NCBI GenBank assembly: GCA_002309155.1 | Contig: DBXB01000025.1 | Location: forward strand, 19,589 to 83,588 | DNA length: 64,000 nt | Reading direction: 5' to 3' | Source: Bacteroidales bacterium UBA1223 | GTDB lineage: Bacteria; Bacteroidota; Bacteroidia; Bacteroidales; P3 | Part shown: one piece after another, positions 49,785 through 56,808 of the stretch | How the letters are laid out: the number at the start of each line of letters is the position of its first letter | How positions within the stretch are numbered: position 1 is the stretch's first letter | Made by a program: the position numbers and the translations under genes | The notes under the pieces: generated by a model | Seen by the model: the letters and a program-made list of their open reading frames with translations, nothing else | What the model was told of the DNA's origin: nothing | The model's database searches: none

Positions 49785-49912
49785 TGGAACAGTTGCTTTG
49801 GGATATACACATTAATAGAGCCTGTTCCGCTGCTTTCTTCTGTTCTTGATGTGTATATTGCTAAAAAAGTGAATATGAGTTTCTATGGTTGTTTTATTGG
49901 TTTAATGGTTTA

Positions 49913-50185
49913 TCAACTGAGTAATTCCATGATATTTCTCGCATCACTCTTCTTGAACCCTTGGGCTCTGATAGTTCGTCCGCCGGTGGTCTCTATCACG
50001 ATGTCGGCGAAGAGGAGCCCCGAGCCGATATGCACGCTGGCAATATTGGCTCGAGTAACTACAGACTTCCGGTAACCAATAAGTGTCCCTTTGTAATAGA
50101 TTACCTGAAAGTCGTCTATTTCCAGTCTGTCGGGAAAGATGGAATTGTCGTTACCTGATATTCTGCTAGCTACAAAAGCGTTCAT
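49913..50185 (-). CDS. small bacterial PH (bPH)-like domain protein
   Basis: 90 aa; 'V..ANIASVHIGSGLLFADIVIETTGG..I.A.GF.KSDA..I' resembles the bPH_2/YdbS-type fold signature. Confidence 0.55.
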   Translation of the reverse strand: MNAFVASRISGNDNSIFPDRLEIDDFQVIYYKGTLIGYRKSVVTRANIASVHIGSGLLFADIVIETTGGRTIRAQGFKKSDARNIMELLS

Positions 50186-50186
50186 G

Positions 50187-50459
50187 TTATGAGAGTTTAG
50201 AGATTTCTATGGAATAATAGATTAGTTTTGCGAGATGAATGATAAAGGCTATTGCGGCAGTGAGAAGGCCTAGAGTGAAGAATGAGAACAACTTTAGTAC
50301 GAATCCTATACCTTCATGTTCCATAAATGAAGTGCCTTCGAAGATGTTTGTCATCCAGAGGGGTCTCACACTTTCCATGATGAGGACAGCCAGCCCTAAT
50401 GTGCAGACCACTATTAGGGATGACTTCCTCTTCTCGCGTAGTTCGTCAACGTAGCTCAT
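50187..50459 (-). CDS. small 2-TM membrane protein
   Basis: 90 aa; two hydrophobic helices; 1-nt gaps to both neighbours. Confidence 0.5.
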   Translation of the reverse strand: MSYVDELREKRKSSLIVVCTLGLAVLIMESVRPLWMTNIFEGTSFMEHEGIGFVLKLFSFFTLGLLTAAIAFIIHLAKLIYYSIEISKLS

Positions 50460-50460
50460 A

Positions 50461-50667
50461 TTACCAGTCGATTTTCTTTCCGAGATTACCTTGGCAGAAC
50501 TGAATGGCCAAAGCTACGTCTGTGCAGTCTGACAGGATATGCAGGATGTAGTGACCGTCATAATAACCGGTTTCGTAGGCTGCTAATCCGCCACAATTTT
50601 GATAAATCTGATCTGCTGCTTTTTCCCTGTCTTCATAGGTCGGGAAGCTCCATGTTGATACTTTCAT
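50461..50667 (-). CDS. small soluble hypothetical protein (68 aa)
   Basis: ORF packed 1 nt from the next gene; no recognisable motif. Confidence 0.45.
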   Translation of the reverse strand: MKVSTWSFPTYEDREKAADQIYQNCGGLAAYETGYYDGHYILHILSDCTDVALAIQFCQGNLGKKIDW

Positions 50668-50777
50668 GATTGTTTGGTATTAAATGGTTGATAATTAGGT
50701 GAATTAAAGATTTCTGTATTTGAATGCGTTATGGTTTTAATGTTTGGGATGGTGATGTTGGGTTAGTTGATGCTCTC

Positions 50778-51923
50778 TTATTTCAGTCCGAGAGTGAATT
50801 CTGCGACTACTTTCGAGCGTCGGACGCTGTAAATTGCAAGGGAGTCGCCCTCATTAACCGGCACGGGGGTTCGGGCAATGGCAGTACCGTTAATCATGAA
50901 TTGGTTGGCTGATCCATCAGGGATGCTTAGTGACAGTCCACCGTCCTCGGATGAGACTTGGAGTACGTTCTCATCGTGGGATATGTAACGGTATATCTGA
51001 TTGCCCATATCGTCGAGAATCTCCGGGAAGCAAATCTTGAAGAGACGGCGGTTGGCAGCAGTTCCGTTGGGAATAATCATCTGTTTGTCGCCGTGCTTCA
51101 GAATTACCAGTGTCAGTTTTGACACCGATTTGCCATTGAGGGTGGAGAGTATAGTGTCGAGAGAGGGGCGATTCTTGGGCGAGGGGTCGAGGCACTTAAC
51201 TATCATATCGTTGACGGCAGGGGTGACGTCTTCGGGATTCAGATCTATGGGTTCTTTGTATTGCTTTCGTTCCACCCATTTTGACCATTTGTCGAACGTT
51301 CCGTCAAAAAGGTGTTGATAGGGGTTGGCGCCGGTCAGTAGAATGGTTAGGACTATTCCCAGGGTGAAGATGTCAGATTGTTCGCTGATTTTGTCATCAG
51401 GACAGCGGTAGCCGTCAGTACCGATGCTGGCTTTCACGGCCTTACCGTCGGGAACTGACCAGTCGAAGTCGGTGAGGACAATCTTCACGGGAGCATCAGA
51501 GACTACCATAACCTGTTCGGGTTTCAGGTCGTGGTGGATGATGCCCTGACCATGAATAAGTTGTACGCATCCCACGAGCTGTTTGGCAACCTCAAGGCGG
51601 CTCTCGTAGTCGAGATGGGTATCCATCCACTCCGACAGGTTCACGCCTGGCAACAATTTCTTTACTTGGTAGAAGAGTCCGTCGACCACGAATTGTTCAA
51701 CGATGGTCTCGATACTGTCACCAAGACTGTTGAGACGAGGAACCATGATTTTCTGATTCTCTAAGAATTGTTTGAATTCGGGACTCATCTCGGTAGGGTC
51801 GCTGTAGGCTTTGAAGAAGTACTTTTTGCCACCTTTCTCAGCGATATAGCTGTCGCAGTAACTACCGATATTTATCTTCTCAAGGATTTGATATCCATTG
51901 ATTGTTTCTCCAGTTCGGATCAT
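50778..51923 (-). CDS. Hanks-type Ser/Thr protein kinase with C-terminal FHA-like domain
   Basis: 'KKYFFKAY' (VAIK Lys), 'IIHHDLKPEQVMV', 'LTDFDWS', 'SDIFTLGIVL', 'PKNRPS'; C-terminus 'ISHDENVLQV...IPDGSANQFMINGTAI...VNEGDSLAI'. Confidence 0.8.
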   Translation of the reverse strand: MIRTGETINGYQILEKINIGSYCDSYIAEKGGKKYFFKAYSDPTEMSPEFKQFLENQKIMVPRLNSLGDSIETIVEQFVVDGLFYQVKKLLPGVNLSEWMDTHLDYESRLEVAKQLVGCVQLIHGQGIIHHDLKPEQVMVVSDAPVKIVLTDFDWSVPDGKAVKASIGTDGYRCPDDKISEQSDIFTLGIVLTILLTGANPYQHLFDGTFDKWSKWVERKQYKEPIDLNPEDVTPAVNDMIVKCLDPSPKNRPSLDTILSTLNGKSVSKLTLVILKHGDKQMIIPNGTAANRRLFKICFPEILDDMGNQIYRYISHDENVLQVSSEDGGLSLSIPDGSANQFMINGTAIARTPVPVNEGDSLAIYSVRRSKVVAEFTLGLK

Positions 51924-51987
51924 GATGGTTTAGTTTTTTATATTATTCTGGTTTTGATTGAGATAATGTTTGGTTGTGGTTTTGCTG

Positions 51988-53208
51988 TTAGGATTCGGCA
52001 TTATTGCCGTTCATTTTTATGAATTCGTCATTTAGATGAAGGTCGTCAAACGGTGGCTGTATTGTCACGGGGTTGTCATAGTAGAAGAGGGTAGGGGCTA
52101 AGACCAGACGGTAGTAGATACTCTCGAACCGGGGTTCTCCGTCGTTATTGATGATGGCGAACGAGGGGTTGGTTACGTAAGAGTATCCTGTATCAGGATT
52201 GGTATTCCCTCCCGTGCTGAAAATGGTGTACAGACGACCGTCGTAGAAGGATTCTACTCCGTTTGTCACAGGTTCATGACTGCGGAGGATCATATCGATG
52301 TTGTTGATTTCGCTGAATTTGTCGAAGTGAGATGGTCCGAACTCGAAGCGGGTGTCGGTGGTCTGAATGACATTCATGTGACGAGGATCGCTCCATATCA
52401 TGTTGGAGAGGATGCGGTTGCGGATGATGTCGTCACAAATCAGTTCACCAGTCTCGTCGGACACGAGGCACTGGTCAAAGTATTCTTCGCGTGGAAGTCC
52501 GCCGTGGACCAGAAGGATGTTGTTTTTTCTGGTTTTGAGCAGTAAGTAGGAAGGCAGATAGGAGAAGTAGTCGGCGAAACTGTCGAGGAATTCGGTGTCA
52601 TTGCAGTATTCGTTCAGCAGGGGGCAGGAATTGGCAGGGATGACGCGAGAGATGAGCATGCCCTCAACGCTTCCCACGAGTTCGTGGTTGCCTTTCAACA
52701 GTATGCAGCGGTCTCCAAGGATGGTCTTCAGGGTGAAGAGAAGCTTTAGGTATTCAAAAAGGATAGCTCCACGGTCCAGGTAGTCGCCAAGGAAAATGAA
52801 ACGGGCGTTGTTGAGATAATCATAATCCTTGGAGAGGCTGAGCTTCGAGAAAATCGTTGCCAGCGAGTTGTAGTCGCAGTGAGTGTCGCCGATCACAACG
52901 ATACGATTGTCCTCGTCTGACTGGCTGATGTCGAGAAGTCTGTAATAGTCTTGCTTGGGATTGTTGGTGAAGAATTCCTTCGCAAAAGTGATGAAGTCGG
53001 GAAGGTCTTCTTCGTTGATATCCTTACGGCACTCGGTCAAGGCGGTCAGTATCTGCTCGCGGCAGTCAGGCTCCTGTTCGTCGGATGACGGAGTAGTGTG
53101 AACCGTGGAGGGGGCTCTCTTCAGCAGGTCTATTAGTTGTTTCCACAAATTTTCCATGGTGTTCTGGTTGTTTAGGGTTAAAAAGGGCATGGCCAATAGG
53201 ACGACCAT
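51988..53208 (-). CDS. PPP-family (calcineurin-like) Ser/Thr protein phosphatase with ~100-aa N-terminal extension
   Basis: 'VVIGDTHCD', 'FIFLGDYLDRG', 'LLKGNHE', 'LLVHGG', 'LRSHE'; alternative start 'MENLWKQ' at 53157. Confidence 0.85.
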   Translation of the reverse strand: MVVLLAMPFLTLNNQNTMENLWKQLIDLLKRAPSTVHTTPSSDEQEPDCREQILTALTECRKDINEEDLPDFITFAKEFFTNNPKQDYYRLLDISQSDEDNRIVVIGDTHCDYNSLATIFSKLSLSKDYDYLNNARFIFLGDYLDRGAILFEYLKLLFTLKTILGDRCILLKGNHELVGSVEGMLISRVIPANSCPLLNEYCNDTEFLDSFADYFSYLPSYLLLKTRKNNILLVHGGLPREEYFDQCLVSDETGELICDDIIRNRILSNMIWSDPRHMNVIQTTDTRFEFGPSHFDKFSEINNIDMILRSHEPVTNGVESFYDGRLYTIFSTGGNTNPDTGYSYVTNPSFAIINNDGEPRFESIYYRLVLAPTLFYYDNPVTIQPPFDDLHLNDEFIKMNGNNAES

Positions 53209-53230
53209 GCCCCTTGCTAAAAAAAGGAGG

Positions 53231-53893
53231 TTAGATGGTTACGCTTTTGTCGACGGAAGAGGCAGAGACAGTCTTTCCGAGAGCTTCGAGGAGAGTCTCG
53301 AAATTGGTGCTGCTGTTGAGGTCAACGCCAAGGGTGATGTTGGATTTGGGGACAACCTTGAGCTGCTGGTACAAGGGATCGTCGGGAGCGAAGATGAAGA
53401 GTTGGATACGCTCGGCCTGGAGCTGCTGCTTCAGATAGTCGATGTCGCCACTCACGCCGAGTTCCGACGTGGTGTGACTGTTGACATTCTTGGTGCCGGC
53501 GTCGGTGAAGAGGACCACGACCTTGTGACAGCCTTTGCGCCATTTGCTGGTGCGGACGGCGTACCAGATAGCGTCGAGGGCGGACTCCTCGTAGTCGCCA
53601 CCGCCAGTGGCTGTCAGTTCGGTGAGTTGGGTGTTGGCGAAGACGTGTTCGTCATTGGTGAAGTCGAAGGTGTTGATGATGGGCTCGGAGTCGACTTCGA
53701 AGTCACGATAGCCCATGGCGCGGACACGCCAGTCGAGGGTTACATTCGGGGTTCCGTTGAAACCCTTGACGAGAGATTCGACATTGTGCTTGACATTGTT
53801 GATGCAAGGAGACATTGAACCTGTGCAGTCAAAGCAGAATACTACGTCGGCAACGCCGCGAACTTTGATGTCTTTTGAAGATTGGGTAATCAT
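53231..53893 (-). CDS. von Willebrand factor type A (vWA/TerY-like) protein with intact MIDAS
   Basis: 'VVFCFDCTGSMS' (DxTxS), 'TATGGGDYEE', 'VVVLFTDAGT'. Confidence 0.85.
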   Translation of the reverse strand: MITQSSKDIKVRGVADVVFCFDCTGSMSPCINNVKHNVESLVKGFNGTPNVTLDWRVRAMGYRDFEVDSEPIINTFDFTNDEHVFANTQLTELTATGGGDYEESALDAIWYAVRTSKWRKGCHKVVVLFTDAGTKNVNSHTTSELGVSGDIDYLKQQLQAERIQLFIFAPDDPLYQQLKVVPKSNITLGVDLNSSTNFETLLEALGKTVSASSVDKSVTI

Positions 53894-53980
53894 AGTTTTT
53901 GAAAAATTTAGATGGTTAATAATTAATTTGAATTAAAAAGTTTTTCATTGTTTGGTAGATTGGCTCCGGTTGAGGCAACG

Positions 53981-54043
53981 GGTTTTGGTGATTGATGGTT
54001 TTGGTGATTGATGGTTTTGAGGTTGATGGGTTTGGTGGTTGAT
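53981..54043. repeat. 4 x 16-bp tandem repeat in the leader of the vWA operon
   Basis: ggttttggtgattgat ggttttggtgattgat ggttttgaggttgat gggtttggtggttgat. Confidence 0.9.
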
Positions 54044-54142
54044 GGTTGGCTGTTTTTCTTTATTTGGTCTTCGATGTTGGGTTGAGGCAGAGAGTTGTGC
54101 TTTCGGTTATGGATTTTTTCTGGTTGTTTTTCGAACTTTGAC

Positions 54143-54191
54143 GATGCAAAGGTACGGTGGATTTCAAAAATTGATTTTTTTCTGACGTCAG
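54143..54191 (-). promoter_or_regulatory. operator/promoter module copy 1: CTGACGTCAGA palindrome, N25, GTACCTTTGCATC (-7 box)
   Basis: -7 box complement at 54147-54154; palindrome at 54181-54191; same architecture and spacing as 54963-55011. Confidence 0.6.
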
Positions 54192-54199
54192 CTTTTTTG

Positions 54200-54943
54200 T
54201 CAACGCTTCACGGGATAGCGGTGCATATTGATGATCATCTTTTCCCATCCCAGTTTGTCTTTGCGGGCTTTCATAATTCTCAGACCTTCTCCGTAGATGG
54301 GATCGCTGTTTTTTATCAAATTGTCTGCAATGTTGTCGCCGACTTTTGATGCTGACAGCTTCATCATGTGGTAAGCGATAAGTTCGCAGAACCCTTCGTC
54401 TTCCTGTTGGGTGAGTCGTTTGTCGAGGTCGTTCTCGTTAATCCATACATGTCCCAGCTCGTGTGACAGGACTTCTATGAAAATGATCTTGGGCATCCCG
54501 TCTTGAAGCAAGATGGTGTGGTACATCTTCCCGTTGCGGTATACGGTTTGCGCCAGACCGATTGGTCTGGAGGTCCTGGATACTCTTTCCTTCAACACTT
54601 TTGCTGGTGCTAAACGAATTGAAATGTTGTGCGGGTCGAGGTTGATTCCTATCTCGGCGAGTTTTTTCAGGATATAGTTGAGGTGCTCCCGCAACAGATC
54701 AGGAGTCTTGGCACTCATCGACACCACGCTAGTCGAGAGACAAGAACTGCAGTATCTGCTGTCTGGGTCTATGCGCTGATTCTCAGATGTGACGTCTCTC
54801 TTGGAGAGCAGTCGTCCACAGCAGTGGCAATACCCCCTATAGTGCTTGCTACAGATGGCATTGCCCCATATGTCTTTGTAATAATGGCCGTTGATAGGCT
54901 GGTTGCATTCTATGCATTCGGGATGGTGACTGGAAAAAAACAT
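54200..54943 (-). CDS. LIM-like zinc-finger + DA1-like zinc metallopeptidase
   Basis: N-terminal 'CIECNQPINGHYYKDIWGNAICSKHYRGYCHCCG...YCSSC'; 'VLSHELGHVW' HExxH and downstream 'EDEGFCELIAY'. Confidence 0.72.
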   Translation of the reverse strand: MFFSSHHPECIECNQPINGHYYKDIWGNAICSKHYRGYCHCCGRLLSKRDVTSENQRIDPDSRYCSSCLSTSVVSMSAKTPDLLREHLNYILKKLAEIGINLDPHNISIRLAPAKVLKERVSRTSRPIGLAQTVYRNGKMYHTILLQDGMPKIIFIEVLSHELGHVWINENDLDKRLTQQEDEGFCELIAYHMMKLSASKVGDNIADNLIKNSDPIYGEGLRIMKARKDKLGWEKMIINMHRYPVKR

Positions 54944-54962
54944 GGCTTGTTGTATTCTTGAT

Positions 54963-55011
54963 GATGCAAAAGTACAACAAGCCGAGATTGTGTCGATTAT
55001 TCTGACGTCAG
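54963..55011 (-). promoter_or_regulatory. operator/promoter module copy 2: CTGACGTCAGA palindrome, N25, GTACTTTTGCATC (-7 box)
   Basis: -7 box complement at 54967-54974, 24 nt upstream of the peptidase ATG; palindrome at 55001-55011. Confidence 0.65.
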
Positions 55012-55020
55012 AAAGAGGAA

Positions 55021-56808
55021 CTATTCAAGGAAAGCCTTGTCTTTGCCTATATTGTTGAGGAGTAGTCCCACGAACATACAGAGGAAAGAAAGGGCTAAGA
55101 TACGGGGTGCGTAATCGAAAAGGAATGGGTTGTGAGTAAGAAAAGCACCACTGCAGTCATGTTTCAAATTGTATCCGAAAATCATAAGTTCCGCAAGTCC
55201 GATAAAATACGAATATACGAAAGTGATTCCTATAATGGTGATGGATCTTGTCAGTGTATTTTTCCTTGGATTTGATGGACTGTTGTTTTTTATGGTTCGG
55301 TATACAAAAGACCAAGTGAAGACAAATAACAAAACACAAAGAAACGCTATTACTGCGGTCCATCCCCAAGAGGCATTGCCGGCATATTCAAGGAAATAGT
55401 AGGTGTTGCTCTCACATACTAGAGGCAACCATGCTGCGGCAAGGGCGGCCGCAAGTTTTACGAACCAGAGTTTGTTGTAAGGCTCGATCTCTATGGATTT
55501 GTGGATTTTCTTTTCAGATTGTTCGGACAGTGTTTCTTTTCGAAGAGAGTTTAGGAACTTTCTTCTGAAATAATAACGACTTCTACGGTTGAACAGTTGA
55601 ATTGCGAATAATATAAAAATCGCGAACGCCGCTATCCAACATAATGTGAACATTAAGAATGTGGGTCGATGAACGGAAATCGTCCACTTGATAATGGAAA
55701 ATGAAAAAATCAGTAGGGTCGGTATTATAATGAATGCGAACTGTGACCAATCACGCCCCCTACTGCCATTACGCACCATGCCTATTCCTCGCAGATCGTT
55801 CTCTGAGAAATACCATTCAGTGGCTTGTTTTTTAGTTTCAAGCAGAGTGCCGGTCAGCCTTTTGTCAATCAATGATAATCGTTGTGATGCCAGTTCGATA
55901 CAGGCTAGATTGTTGTATGTGCCTGTTGCAATATCGTGTCTGAATACATCGTCCATCTCTAGGTTTGACGATTTGTATCTGTTCTTTATGTCTTGTTTGA
56001 ACCATTTGTTGTCATCAAAAAGGGTGTCTGATTTCGAGATGATGTCGACCCAGCGTTGCTCAGCCTCTGCCAGTTCACGTAGTAAAAATATATTATTTTT
56101 GACTATTATGTCAGTCTTTTCTTGGGCACTATTCTTGATGTCGCAAGAAGAATGCGACGAGAATAACTTTTTCAAAACACACTTTTCATCTTTGTCTTCC
56201 TGGATATTCTCATTTTCATCTTTGTCTTCCTGGATATTCTCATTTGCATATTTACGTTGGTAATAGTATTCGGCTTTCGCAACGATAGCATGATAGAGTG
56301 GATTCCGGTGCAGATTTGAATAAATGGTATTGAAGTGGGGCGAGTTGCGGAACACTTCCGTGTGTTCCATGTCGAACATGAAATCCAGAATGATTTTTCG
56401 GATAATGGGAATGTTTTTTCCTTCTGTAAATTGTTCCAGGTTTGAGTAGTATAAACCACCTACTTTGCTGTCCACTTCATGGGGAATGTATTTGTCGATC
56501 TTTTCTGCTTGATATTCCGTGCTATATGATTCAGTGATGACCTTTGTGAGGCGGTCTCTTGTCATGTCGTCAGTCGAGGTCTCAAGTTTTAGAATTGGTC
56601 CGAGACTGTGAACATCGTCAATGTCATAATGTATATAGAAATAGGCACCGTCTTTTCTAAATGAGCAGAATATTGGATAACGTGGGGAACCGGGATTGTT
56701 CTCATAATCATTGTCTCCAACTTTAACTGGTTTATAGTTGAAGACAGTGATGCCGAGTCCCAGGTCTGACGACTCATGGTCTAGGGCAAAGAAATATCCG
56801 TAGTTCAT
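55021..56808 (-). CDS. hypothetical protein: ~370-aa soluble N-terminal region + ~6 TM helices
   Basis: 595 aa; start overlaps upstream stop by 4 nt; TM helices from 'FAFIIIPTLLIFSFSII' onward; in-frame 30-bp duplication. Confidence 0.7.
   Translation of the reverse strand: MNYGYFFALDHESSDLGLGITVFNYKPVKVGDNDYENNPGSPRYPIFCSFRKDGAYFYIHYDIDDVHSLGPILKLETSTDDMTRDRLTKVITESYSTEYQAEKIDKYIPHEVDSKVGGLYYSNLEQFTEGKNIPIIRKIILDFMFDMEHTEVFRNSPHFNTIYSNLHRNPLYHAIVAKAEYYYQRKYANENIQEDKDENENIQEDKDEKCVLKKLFSSHSSCDIKNSAQEKTDIIVKNNIFLLRELAEAEQRWVDIISKSDTLFDDNKWFKQDIKNRYKSSNLEMDDVFRHDIATGTYNNLACIELASQRLSLIDKRLTGTLLETKKQATEWYFSENDLRGIGMVRNGSRGRDWSQFAFIIIPTLLIFSFSIIKWTISVHRPTFLMFTLCWIAAFAIFILFAIQLFNRRSRYYFRRKFLNSLRKETLSEQSEKKIHKSIEIEPYNKLWFVKLAAALAAAWLPLVCESNTYYFLEYAGNASWGWTAVIAFLCVLLFVFTWSFVYRTIKNNSPSNPRKNTLTRSITIIGITFVYSYFIGLAELMIFGYNLKHDCSGAFLTHNPFLFDYAPRILALSFLCMFVGLLLNNIGKDKAFLE
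56183..56242. repeat. perfect 30-bp tandem duplication inside the 595-aa gene
   Basis: ttttcatctttgtcttcctggatattctca x2, encoding NENIQEDKDE twice. Confidence 0.95.

Noticed and set aside
53105-53818. 237-aa plus-strand ORF
   Set aside because: It is antisense to the vWA and phosphatase genes, both of which carry complete family motifs. It is a shadow ORF in the most GC-rich part of the island.
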